The notes beneath the pieces were generated by a model. It did not search any database and was not told the origin of the DNA. It saw nothing but the letters and a program-made list of their open reading frames with translations. This document shows, piece after piece, positions 48,345 through 59,683 of a stretch of DNA of 64,000 bases; the first letter of the stretch is position 1, and the number at the start of each line of letters is the position of its first letter. The DNA is from Tetramitus jugosus (Eukaryota; Protista; Heterolobosea): the NCBI GenBank assembly GCA_937625935.1, contig OW569391.1, forward strand, positions 317,949-381,948. Direction: 5' to 3'. A program made the translations under genes and the position numbers.

Positions 48345-49031
48345 ATGACTAGTACTAGTTCTAATGATCTCCAAGCAAAGGGGCCACTCCTTCTTCCGCT
48401 TGCTATCAAGTTTACTGAGCAGGGTACTCCTGGCCACCTTTGCCAATTGATCGAGTTGTGCAAGAGGAGCAACACTTTCAAGGTAGAGTTAGGATCAAGT
48501 CTTCGTAAGAGAATGGGTGAACGCAAGGCCAAGGTCAATGAGGTTTTGAGCCACTTGCATAAGGGAGTTAACAAGTGGGCCGATCGAGTGTGGATCCGCG
48601 ATGGTGAGGAATGGAAGCTGATCGAAAAAGAAGGCTTCACAAGAGAGGTACTTGTCCAGAGGGTGAGACTTGGGCTTTTGGACCCTAGAACAAACTTGAC
48701 TCGTAGTGACATTGTGAATGACTCAAGTGATGAAGATAACAACTGTATCCAGGATACAAATGATGAAAGTTACTCCTCGGAGGACGACGAGAACGAATCT
48801 GTGGAACATGAGAGTGAGTCTGAGGACGATCAAGAACCACCACGAAAGAAAAGGAGAATAGCTGTCTCCTTCCTACGTGTGATCAATGACTTGAGTCAAA
48901 TCAATCAGGTCGTCCAACAACAAGAGAAGAAGATCAGTCGACAAGAGAAGAGGATCAGTTTGTTAATTAATGAGATCACTCACTTAAAGAAGCGCTTTAA
49001 AGATATGGTTCAAGAAATTCATGAAGAGTAA
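48345..49031 (+). CDS. Subtelomeric family member 3 (divergent)
   Basis: LPLAIKF...NKWADRVWIRDGEEWKLIE, acidic tract, PPRKKRR NLS-like motif, coiled coil. Confidence 0.7.
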   Translation: MTSTSSNDLQAKGPLLLPLAIKFTEQGTPGHLCQLIELCKRSNTFKVELGSSLRKRMGERKAKVNEVLSHLHKGVNKWADRVWIRDGEEWKLIEKEGFTREVLVQRVRLGLLDPRTNLTRSDIVNDSSDEDNNCIQDTNDESYSSEDDENESVEHESESEDDQEPPRKKRRIAVSFLRVINDLSQINQVVQQQEKKISRQEKRISLLINEITHLKKRFKDMVQEIHEE

Positions 49032-49771
49032 CACAATAAAACCTTTTGTACAATGTCAATCTCATCAAATGCGCAACTGTCAGTGGTCCTATAGAGCTAC
49101 CTTCACTCCAATCAAGTTTCAATCGAAACATTGCAGTTCCATCATGACAAAAGACATGGCGTTTTGAGTACTTTTCTCATTAAAATTTCATTAGGTTGCT
49201 TCTCGTGGCATTCTTTCGTTGTAGGTAACAAGCAATTTAATAGGATAGTAATGTGATGAATTTCTGTAAGGACAATGTCAAATACTTCTATCTTTTGAGT
49301 GAAAAAAGAGAGTTGTTAATAAAACCTTCTGTTCTGATTGTCATCCAGCTGAGTATCTGATGGTCAGTTGGATGGTGGTGTGATCGCACAATAAATGCTC
49401 ACTGCCCAGCATGCTCACAAATGGTGCGGATATCGGCGTGTACGAGATAACTAGCTGTCGTAGTCATATGACGCAGATATCTGCTTGGGACATCCTGGCC
49501 GTTCTGCGCTGTGACGATGCGTAAGTGCAGTCGACCGCGGTTTTTGCAACGACGGGACAGCGCCGTGATGCGAGTGCAATTCTAGATTCGTATGCAATTT
49601 TACCGCGTTGGATGTGTGATGCTTTCGATGATGGCACACGATTTCTCCCCTTGCCACTTTTTTCTTTACAATGGAACCCAAGTGACCCGGCAGTGGCCTT
49701 AAGTAGTCCTTCCCCACTCATAATTTCTTTGGGCAAACCAAACCACAACTAACCAATCAATCACACCAAGT

Positions 49772-50485
49772 ATGAGTAATCAGCAAACCAAAATTCCCCT
49801 TCCAGCAAACATCAAGCTCCATATTAATGGTAAAGATGTTGATGCAACATTGGTGTACATGGAGAAGACTACCAAGCTTGCACCAATTATCTTGTTGAGT
49901 GGACTTGTTTCAGGTATTGATTTTCAAACAGAAACACTCATCACACTTCAGGACTTGATTGCCAAGGTGTCACCAAACTCAGGATCATCATGGAAAGGTA
50001 GGTTCTCTATTCTAGATCGAAGTGGACGATTGAGAAAGATGGGAAGTCCAGGATTAGAAACAACTAGAGACTTTTCTAAACTTGTTAAAAATGGTGATAA
50101 GAGCATTGAGGTCAAGTCCTTCTTGAAGCGTCTTACTAAGGACAATTCCAAGGCACTGGGCTCTGTGCAAAGACAGAATCAACAAGCTAAAAGAACCAAG
50201 CGCAGCCACTCGGACTCCAGTGTCGAAGGTCCATCAAAGAAAAGAAGAACCAATGTGGCTTCATCTGGGTTGAGAACAGACAAAGAAGGGGCTAAATTGC
50301 AGCAAAATATTCGTTCTTTCTTGGCTTCCCGTGCAAAAGCCATGATGTTCAAACAGCGAGCTTCAGACCAGATAGACGCTTTGAGTGAAACACTTGAATT
50401 GGGGTCGTTGATTGAAAAAACTGCAAGACGCCAAAGAAGAGGACCTAAATGGGCGACTTTCTCTGTTGAAACAGCATGCGAATAA
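49772..50485 (+). CDS. Subtelomeric family member 4 (divergent)
   Basis: IPLPANIKLHING...SSWKGRFSI, PSKKRR; upstream sequence shared with member 3. Confidence 0.6.
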   Translation: MSNQQTKIPLPANIKLHINGKDVDATLVYMEKTTKLAPIILLSGLVSGIDFQTETLITLQDLIAKVSPNSGSSWKGRFSILDRSGRLRKMGSPGLETTRDFSKLVKNGDKSIEVKSFLKRLTKDNSKALGSVQRQNQQAKRTKRSHSDSSVEGPSKKRRTNVASSGLRTDKEGAKLQQNIRSFLASRAKAMMFKQRASDQIDALSETLELGSLIEKTARRQRRGPKWATFSVETACE

Positions 50486-51016
50486 TAAACATCATCATTG
50501 CACTCAATCATACCAGAATAAAATCATCGGTCCTTTGTTTCAAAACTACCTCTTCTATTACAAGTGGCAGTCTGCAACCCCAGTGAGTTCCAACATGTCC
50601 ATAATTTCATCAAATCCCTTCCCAAAACAGGCTCCCAGTTTCAGAGTGAGCTCCATGGAACAATGGCACGGAGGAGCCGAAGACTCAAGGCACGCCGGCG
50701 ACACCATAGCACTACCATCGAAATGTAGTTTCTCGAGATGACAGCGGGCCGGCAAGTCTTGCGGCTCGTTGATAAGCGTACCAGTACTAAGCAAATTTGT
50801 CCAGCATGTCCAGACCGCACGTGATGCAGGGTGCGCAAAAGGTGACTCGCGGTGATGCATTCTGTCGTTGAAGGTGTGATTGGTCTTTTTTTAGCATCAC
50901 ACTTGTAAAAAGCGCCAGTTGACCAAAATTCGTTTTCTGCTGGGATTCTGGCATATTTTTAGGCGTTCTCTTAGAAAAGCAACACCACTTAAACCTTAGT
51001 ATCCATTATTACTTTC

Positions 51017-51469
51017 ATGAGTTCTCGCTATAATGATCTCCAAGCCAAGTTGGAGCCACTCCTTCTTCCACTTGCTTTCGAGTTTCAATCACATGATGGT
51101 CTTTGTGAGAGAATAGGCCAAGGAAAAAAGGGTCATGAGGTTTTGAGGAAATTGCATGAAGCAAACAAATTGGTAAAAAGAGTTTGGTTTCGCGATGGTG
51201 AGAAATGGAAGATGATTGAAAAAGAAGATGGCGTCAAAAGAGATACACTTGTACATAGGGTGAGACTTGGGAGTCCAAACTTGACTCGTAGTGACACTAG
51301 TGATGAGGATGACAAATGTATCCAGGAAAGTTTCTCTGAGGACTACGAGAGTGAATCGGGTGAATCTGAGGAGCATGGGAATGACTCTGAGGACGATCAG
51401 AAACCACCACGAAAGAAAAGAAAAGTAGATGTCTCTATCAAATCTATCAACCAAAAACAAGCCGCATAA
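51017..51469 (+). pseudogene. Deleted/frameshifted paralog of member 3
   Basis: NDLQAK..PLLLPLA, RVWFRDGEKWKMIE and PPRKKRK are retained; internal deletion; the EIIHLKNR tail lies out of frame past the stop. Confidence 0.6.
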
Positions 51470-51840
51470 TGGTGGACTGTCGGAAAAGGACACTGAGATC
51501 ATTCACTTAAAGAACCGCCTTAAACATGGCCCAACAAATGTGAAGAGCTTCAGTAACATTATAAATAGAACTCGTTTTCACTGTTGTTTTTGATGCCGTC
51601 TTGTAGACAGGTACTTAACGACGAGGCAATGAACTGCTTTCGTATCTGCGAACTTGTAAACTGCTCCATGAATCGAGTTGACTGCTTCTCTGATCTGGTG
51701 GTTGAGGGTCCACAAACAAAGACTGAGTTCCAGACAAAACAAAACGTGAACTAATTTCCCTCTCAGCTCACAATAAGCCACACCAAGAATGAGTTAATGT
51801 ACACAGTTTATTGCTCTTTACTCGAGATCAGTTCCAGTGC

Positions 51841-53232
51841 TCACTTTGTTTGATAGAACTGATCTAAGGCTTCTCTTTTCCTCTTCAGTGCATTAACATT
51901 ATCTCGCAATTTATGGTATTCAACTTTTGCTTCTTCCATTTTCTCAGTTTCTTCTGCAATTTGATTATCAATTACGGACATCATAGAACGAGCTTGTTCG
52001 TCAAGGGCATTTGTGATAGAAGAGGTGGATGATTGTGGCTTGGATTCTGGTGTTGTTGCATTGTTTCTTGTAGCTCTTGTTTCTACTGTGGAGGGCGAAT
52101 CAGATGCCTCTCCAATTCTACTTTTCTTTGGTGTTGGTTCCACGTAACTCTTATCTGTGTTATCAGATTCATTGCCATCGTCATCTTCATTATCTTGACG
52201 ATTTCGCTTCTTCGAAATACTGTCCAGTTTAAGATGATTGAATTGCTCTCTTTTGCCTGTATTCACACAATGACTTATCAAGTACTCTCTTGTGAGACAC
52301 TCTGTCGTCTGACCAGGATCTTTGTACTTGAGCATCTCCCACTTGTCATCAATCTTGATTTCAACTTTTCCTGCCCAACGATTCGAAGCTTTGCCCTTCT
52401 TGGGATAGACAAGATCCAAAAACAGACCAATTCTTGATAAAGTGACTCCTTTCAACTTCTTAACTTGTGGGGCAATGTCTTTGCGGTCAACCACATTGCT
52501 CAGGAGCACAACAGAGTATTGACTGTCAACAAAAAGGAGTTCACCTTCTGCAACCATGGTACGATCCTTGAGAAACCTAATGCCAGTGGGAATTGGAATG
52601 GTTGATGGCGGTGCTGTTGTGCCGTCATGATCACCAGATGAAGAAGAAGGACCAATTGCAAATCTTTCTTCACTGTCACTGTCACCTTCATCACTATTCT
52701 CATCACGAGAAACATTCTTTGACAGGTTGTTATTTGTTTGAGTGTCCTTTCGAAGCAAGTCACTAAAATCTTCTTTTGATTTCTCATTAAATGCAGTCAG
52801 TGCGAGTTCCTTTCTTGAGAACCTCTTCTTTGTCACAACAGCAGGCTCATTCAGATCAATATCATCACCACTCTTTTTCTTTGGCTTTCTGTTTCCATTT
52901 TCAATCATTTTCCATTGACCACCAACCTTGACAGAAACTCTTCCAGCCCAAGTAGTCACAGGATTCTTATTCTTCTTTGGATACAACTTTTCCAATATTT
53001 CATGAGCCTTGGAAAATTGTTGTCCTGCTTTGAGTTCTCTAAACGATTCTGGAAGATTAGTCAAATCCTGACTGACTACTTTCAATGTGACAATCGAGTA
53101 CACATTATCAATATACTCCAATACTCCTTTGGCAACAACGATACCATTGTGATGGAACCTGATACTTGCTGGGATTGCTGGCTTTTTCATCCTTGCTTCT
53201 TGTTGTTGATTGGTTGAAGTACTTGTACTCAT
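51841..53232 (-). CDS. Subtelomeric family member 6, a chimera of member 1 (domains) and member 2 (tail)
   Basis: Two-domain N-terminus closely matches 45173-46576; C-terminus and 3'UTR are near-identical to 47340-47674 in inverted orientation. Likely ATG at 53232. Confidence 0.8.
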   Translation of the reverse strand: MSTSTSTNQQQEARMKKPAIPASIRFHHNGIVVAKGVLEYIDNVYSIVTLKVVSQDLTNLPESFRELKAGQQFSKAHEILEKLYPKKNKNPVTTWAGRVSVKVGGQWKMIENGNRKPKKKSGDDIDLNEPAVVTKKRFSRKELALTAFNEKSKEDFSDLLRKDTQTNNNLSKNVSRDENSDEGDSDSEERFAIGPSSSSGDHDGTTAPPSTIPIPTGIRFLKDRTMVAEGELLFVDSQYSVVLLSNVVDRKDIAPQVKKLKGVTLSRIGLFLDLVYPKKGKASNRWAGKVEIKIDDKWEMLKYKDPGQTTECLTREYLISHCVNTGKREQFNHLKLDSISKKRNRQDNEDDDGNESDNTDKSYVEPTPKKSRIGEASDSPSTVETRATRNNATTPESKPQSSTSSITNALDEQARSMMSVIDNQIAEETEKMEEAKVEYHKLRDNVNALKRKREALDQFYQTK

Positions 53233-53575
53233 CTCCTTGTGTGTTTGCGTGTATGCGGTTGTTGCTTTTTTTTTCGGTTCGCGCAGTCGCAGACAATTGA
53301 TTGCGCCGTCTCCCTCCCCGCTTGCGCAGACTGGCGTTTTTTCTTCTTCACAAGCGCATGCAGACGTCGGCATAAACATCAAGAAAAAAAAAGCTTCCCA
53401 AGTCCAATCACAACACCATGCCCAATAAAACAAGAGTGCGAGATTTGGGCAGGCTTGAGACGAGTTGTGGCAGGTTAGAAAAGCCATCATTGCATGATGA
53501 GTTCCTACAATGATAATGATGGTGCACCACCACTCTTCATTGGTGTTTTTTCTGAGTGGCAATTAGTTCTTGTAA

Positions 53576-53952
53576 CGTGGAGTCACTTTGGGTGGCACTG
53601 GCAAGGAATTTGGAAAGAGACACCCTACTTTGGGAAATTTTGTAAAGATTGGTGCAGGAGCCAAGGTGTTGGGCATTATTTTGTGGGTAATGGGTCAAGG
53701 ATTGGAGCAGAATCAGTCGTTGTCAAGGATGTGCCAGAAAACAGGACTGTAGTGGGTATTCCTGGTCGCTGCATTAGCAATAGCAAAAAGTTGCATACGA
53801 ATGATCCTGTTCATGTGAGTACAAGCGATAAGGTACCATTGTTGGCAGCGTCGGATGAAGTGAACAACACTGCTTCCGCTCCTGCAATCACTGAAAAGAA
53901 AAGAGCGGTGCACATGCCTGATACGGATGCCGAGGCAATCACTTTACCGTAG
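53576..53952 (+). pseudogene. cysE: Serine O-acetyltransferase C-terminal fragment, frameshifted
   Basis: [32 protein letters not shown], then a frameshift, then [29 protein letters not shown]. Confidence 0.85.
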
Positions 53953-54208
53953 AGAGGTGCGCCTCGAAACAGAGCTGAAACTGATGGCTCAGAGGTTAAG
54001 GATACTGGAGGAGCGCGCTACAGGAGAGAAACCATTGGTGTAGCGACTAGAGCGGAACGATTTTTGAACAATGGGAGACAAAAGGGATGGTCTGGGAGGT
54101 GTCATGACAGAAGAGCTGTGTTTTCTCTGTTCAGAGGTGCGTAAGAGTGCTTTCGAGTGCACAAGCAACAGGGAAATATTTGGAGTGGAGGCTTTGGAGC
54201 CAATAGGA

Positions 54209-54377
54209 TGGCAGCACCAGAACTGATAGCAATCTTGAGTCCCTCCATGAGTACAACTTCTCTTGCTGTATCGGTTGCTTGTTGACTGTTGACCTTGAAG
54301 ATTTCATCGGCCAAATCAAGTTTCATCACTTCAGGGACGAATCCAGCACCGATACCTTGAATCTTGTGAGGTCCATA
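54209..54377 (-). pseudogene. cysK: Cysteine synthase internal fragment
   Basis: GPHKIQGIGAGFVP...EGLKIAISSGAA; the rest of the enzyme is absent. Confidence 0.85.
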
Positions 54378-54921
54378 CTGCAATAGAAGGTAATCTTCTC
54401 AGAGAAGGTAACCACTCTTCAATTTCTGATTGCCATCAGGTCTGCTTCTCCTATTTTTGAGCTCCAGGTTGGAGCTCCTTTTGATGCTGCATGTAGTATT
54501 TGGAATAACCTGTGTTTCCTCTCCCTCTATACTTGTTCACAAAGGTTCCCATCCCTGATCTGTTCTTTGATATACATTTATTGAATGATTGTGTTAGTTG
54601 AACAGAACAAAACAGTGAGTGTTGCAGCAACCATGCAACGTACCGTGGTACCTCCACAGTGAGCTTCCAAGGCAATTACATCTTTCCCTCAATCAGATAA
54701 GATATCCTATTGCTACTGAACAATGACAGAAGAGTGAGACTACAAAAGAACACAAAAAACAAAGTGGCCAGAACTCAGCTTTTAAATTATTTTGAGAGGT
54801 TCTTATTTGGGTTTATCAACACCTGGGAAAGTGATCTTGAGTACTCTGTAGCATCCATATGTTGTCAATGATTCTGCAGCAGAGACCATGAATGCATCGC
54901 ATTTCAGTGGTGGAGGACTGA

Positions 54922-55536
54922 ATGATGCATCGGTATTACTCAGGCCAACAGTACACACCTCACAGTTGGAGCAAATTCAAATTCCAGTACTCCATTCTGG
55001 TACAAATACCAGCTGTTCATGCGAGAATGGTCATGGAGCAGAACAACAACCATCGCTTCTCTGGCAGGACTGATGCTGATGGACAGCATCAAGAATGCAT
55101 CGAATTCAAGGAGACTGCAAGAAAAGTAAAGCAACCAGTCACCATCACATGTGAGGCGTCTGTTCAAGACATTAACAGACAAGCAATCAATTCCTCTGCT
55201 TCGTCCATTATTCATCCATCGAGTTTGTATGTCGGTGTGAGAACCAAGAAGCAATTTGTGAAGCCCAATGTGAATTATGATCTGGATCTGATTGTGATCA
55301 TTGACGGAAAACCAAAACCCGATGTAATAGTCTTGACAGCCACTACTATCGAGAGAGTGAGACATGGATACTCGTACATGGAGAATGAAGTGTTCCGATC
55401 GATCATTGCATCTCATTACAATCCGTATCTTACAATGTTCAATTCAACAAGGGAAGGCACCTATACCCTCACATTCCAAATTGAGGATCAAAAACTTCGT
55501 TGCATGTACTATGGACAATGCTCTGAATCAATCTGA
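54922..55536 (+). CDS. Hypothetical protein or gene fragment
   Basis: 204-aa ORF with no recognised motif. Confidence 0.35.
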   Translation: MMHRYYSGQQYTPHSWSKFKFQYSILVQIPAVHARMVMEQNNNHRFSGRTDADGQHQECIEFKETARKVKQPVTITCEASVQDINRQAINSSASSIIHPSSLYVGVRTKKQFVKPNVNYDLDLIVIIDGKPKPDVIVLTATTIERVRHGYSYMENEVFRSIIASHYNPYLTMFNSTREGTYTLTFQIEDQKLRCMYYGQCSESI

Positions 55537-55609
55537 AGAACTAGTTGTTCAGGTACCGTTCGAAGGACTAGACGAATGATGGGTTGGATGTGGTGATCGT
55601 TTGAGATTG

Positions 55610-56109
55610 GACATGACTACAGCTGACTCACAAACAGTGAATGGAATTGTAACGTTTGTGACGCCAACAGGAAGCATTGAGTACAGCGCACCAGCGGGTA
55701 ATATCAGTATTGTTCTTAAGAATACAGCTCTAACCAGAAGAATTGATTCAATGATGGAGATTATCTGTTGAGATTGGGGCCTACTATTGGTTCAATGGTT
55801 GAGAGAATGAGAATTGCTTCCAGTGATGGCTCTGTTACACTATCTTCCCTTACTGCCAACAACGCGCTCGTCACTAATTCAAGCAAAAAACGTGTGTCCA
55901 GTGCAACAACAGATGTCCAGAATGGTTACCTCAGCACAACGACATCCAATTTTCAGGTTCAGTTAGACGGAAAAGTTGGTAAAACTGGCAATCAAACAAT
56001 GGATGGTCCATTAACTATCACTTGGACTGCACTTACAGGCAGTGTTGAGTTGAACATTTTGGCAGTTGGATTCTCGGCTAATAAATTCCCTGTAAATTGG
56101 TTTAATTGA
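55610..56109 (+). pseudogene. Viral tail-fibre/structural-protein-like fragment
   Basis: TTADSQTVNGIVTF, ERMRIASSDG, SSATT..NGYLSTTTSNFQVQLDGK, KTGNQTMDGPL; broken frame. Confidence 0.5.
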
Positions 56110-56770
56110 TGTTTGAGATAGTTGAATTTTTTCCGCCCAAGGTTGTATCCTTTTTGCAATTCTCAGGTATCAACCAATGTAAATAGTGGTTTAACAGACG
56201 TAGTATACTTATTCAAATCATCAATTTTGATGCTACAGCTTAGTGAACCATCCTCGTTCTCCACTCTTTCGAACCACCCTGCACAACGTTTTCAAGAATG
56301 CAGGGGTGTCGCTTGAAAAGTAGCTCTTGGATTTTCCCAAATCTCAAAATCATCAAAGCGAAACTCGATAGAGTAGCCATCACTGTCATCCAGCCAATCA
56401 GATCCATCAGAACACGCCCCAGCTGGTGATTCTGCGACAAATGTGAGTTTATGCGGTTGTTGATGATAAACTTTTGATACTGACGTACATTTTGTTGAGG
56501 TTGAAGTATAAAGATTCTTCTATAATACCAGTCGTATTACCCATCTCATCTATTCTTGACATTCTCAGCAAGGTTCAACAATTCAGAATATCTGGCTATT
56601 GAATTGAGAGTCAGTATTTTTCTTTGAAGAATGATTGACCTTTTCTGAGACCGGTAGTTCTTTCGTGTTGCAATTGTTTTGTGGTGTGGTTAAGTCCTAA
56701 AGAGTTGGGGAGCCCCATTCAAACTTTTACGGCAATAAATAAGTCGCCTAACGACATTTATTGACATCAA

Positions 56771-58558
56771 TTATTGGTTAAAGTTGACCAAGTTGTACAC
56801 TCTCTCCAAACCAGGATTAACTCTTGAAACATGGTTTCTTGGAGACCTGGTAGATACAGATACAATAGCTGGTCTGTTTTGTGCTTCGTGAACAATTTTG
56901 TAATACGTTTCATCATTACTTGAAACTGCATTGGCAATAGTTCCATTCAGCATTTGACAGAAAGGTTTGTCAATCGAGTATACTACTTCTTGTGCGCCGG
57001 TTTCGCCAGAAATCTTGACCAGACTCCATTGGGAAGTCTTAGTAATTGGTAGAGCGGGAGCATGTCCAGGACTCAATGCAAGCAATTCGTGATTCTTGAC
57101 ATCATAGAACACCTCACTCCATGCATAGTCCTTGGTCGAGTTAATTTGAACGTGACGATAAGACTGAGGATCATTCAGATTGACGCTATAGAATCTTTGT
57201 GGCATGTCAACTCCTTCATGCTCATGTCTAGCCAACATGATCATTCTATGTTGGTCTGGATCATATGCGCTATACAAAAAGTCGACATAGGAGTTAATAT
57301 CGTCCTTAGGAATGGAGACAATAGGTTTTGGATCGACTTCTCCATTTGTTTGAATTTTCACCAAACGCCATGTATTCTTACTAAAATCCAAACTCCATGC
57401 ATACAGAGCATTCTCCGAATCCACATAGGTCAAACTACTCACAGCAATCTTGTTATCCAATTTGAAGCTGTTGACAACACCTAGTTTAGATCTCTCAATC
57501 ATGATAAGCAAATCTGGATGAGCGTCTGGGTACTGGAAGTCAGTGTCAGAGTATGCCAAATAGTAAACTCTTTGATTTCTTGTATCAACAGCTGTAACAC
57601 CATTTGAAATTCTTATCTTGTTCAATGGACGTGTCAATGAAATTAACCGACCATCACTGATTGTATACTTGGACAAGTCAGTGTGAAGAGCAATGTTGGC
57701 TGTTTCTGGATCAACGGTTACTGCTTGGAGCTGTCCATCAGTAGACTCATAGAGTCCAAACAAGTTTGAGTTTGCATTAGGCTTGTTGTTTCTAATCTCT
57801 AAGACATCTCTTGGAACAGTTTTCTTGCTTGACGCTTGTTCTACACGAGGTCTCTCTCCCAATGATTTGACAATTCTAACATCAGAGCATTGATGGAAAG
57901 CGGCTGGTTCCTCAGGCTTGTGAGACACATACCGAACTTGAATGACACAGTGATCACATTGAGCAAAGTCTCTTGGAATAGTAACATCAAGTGTGTAATT
58001 GGTTTGAGCCCATTGACGAGCAGGGTAATAGTCTGTTACGAAGGCCATTGGAGTAAAGCTAAGTGAAAACAAATAAAATCACCACACCGTGAGTTGACTA
58101 AGATTAAATGGTGCTGAAGTAGTAGTAGAAGACAACAACATACTCTGATTGTTGAGTTGGGTCAGTGTTTCTCGAGATGGAAACAGACAAGTATCCAGTG
58201 TTACCAATCGAATAATGATTCAAGTTTTGTTGGAAAGAGATTTTAAATGGCTTGGAAGAATCAATCTCAGATGCAACGTTACCATCAAAAGCTTTGTCAC
58301 CACACTATACAAGCAACAACAATTTAAGTTCAACCAAACACCACACTTTTCACACACAAAATAGGCCTATAAGTTATCACAAACAACCACACATACTGGC
58401 ACTTTAGGTCTAAAACATTCGTTTTGTGCAATGTCGCCGTTGAAAAAAGCTCCTCTTTGTCTTGGAGCGTACACGCACAGGTGAGCATTGACATGGGTTG
58501 TCAGAGCGAATATGGTCGCTAGCAGAGCCACAACGATCAGGGAAGAAACAAATGACAT
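56771..58558 (-). CDS. Secreted His-brace (LPMO-like) domain plus beta-propeller-like C-terminus; exons 58558-58397, 58304-58144, 58058-56771
   Basis: Signal peptide ends VNA|H; NLNH; CDHCVIQVRY; FHQCSD. Two GT-AG introns give a continuous frame. Confidence 0.7.
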
Positions 58559-59020
58559 GTTTTGTGTTAGTTTATTTAGTTTTGTTGAGTTCAGAAATCA
58601 TTCCGGAGTTTGAGGAGTTGTTGACAGCAAATAGAAGGCATCGGGTATGACACGTACGATGAGACTAGGTCTGGAATAGGGTATGACACGTACGATGAGA
58701 CTAAGTTCATCAACTCCAGTGATTCTATCTCCAAGGTGTTTGTCATTCTGGAGAAGTACTCAGAATTGGCAGCCATGTCATTTTTTGAGATCCCTTTTCT
58801 CACTATATTCTCTATAATCTCTGTTGAATCCTCCATTAGAAGGAGAAGAATTGCATCTTCTGTTGTTTACTCATGTAAGGCATCGGTAGATTTCGGCTTG
58901 TATGGGAGTAACATTACCATGACAGCTCCTGAATTCAAGTCCGTGGATTTGGTGAGTCCATTCTTTCGAGAGGTCAATTTAAGAATGATCACTGCAGGAA
59001 AGATGTGTTAAGCACAGTGT

Positions 59021-59240
59021 AGATGTTGGCCAATTGGGCGATGGTAGTTCCATAGGTCGAGCAGTACCCACTCCCATTTATTTCTTCAAAGACGAACATC
59101 CTTCATCCGTTGTGCAATGGGCGTCTGGTCACAACCACATGTTGATGTTGAGAAGCGATGAAAGATATATGCTTGGGGTGTGAACCAGGAAGGACAGCTT
59201 GGTGATGCATCAATAATCGATAGGGGAATCCAAAGGGTGA
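59021..59240 (+). pseudogene. RCC1-repeat gene remnant
   Basis: VGQLGDGSSIGRAVPTPI; ASGHNHMLML, frameshift, KIYAWGVNQEGQLGD. Confidence 0.7.
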
Positions 59241-59445
59241 CTATGGAGTGGATATTTCAAATGTTCTCAGCTCTGTTGAGAAAATATGGGAATCAAATCA
59301 AGAACGGGAAACTCGATCTCCATAGTGAGGCTGATGCAAGATTGCATGCACTGTAATTTTTTGGACGTGCTAGCGGTCAACGAATGGATACCTACTGTGC
59401 TGTGACGTTAGGTCATCTACAATTTTTTGTTGTCTCCTCCTTCAA

Positions 59446-59464
59446 TTGGGGTTGGGGTTGGGTT
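59446..59464 (+). repeat. Interstitial telomere-like tract (TTGGGG/TTGGG variants)
   Basis: TTGGGGTTGGGGTTGGGTT. Confidence 0.55.
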
Positions 59465-59683
59465 GTCACATATCGGCTAGCCAAGACTGGCTGAATACAG
59501 TCAACTGGACGTTGTAAAGGTTGTTTTTGTATTCTTTATGGTCTGGAGTGTTCAACTTAAGCTTTGTATGGAAAAACTCACTATAGATTCTGAACTATCC
59601 CCAAACTGTGATATGGAGTTGGGTTTTGAACTCAGAAAACCCAAATCTCTATGACCTATTGACTGTTGAGTCGATAAAAAATA

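Noticed and set aside
58643-58703. 25-bp direct repeat with a 36-bp period
   Set aside because: Two copies only, inside decayed coding sequence; an ordinary local duplication.
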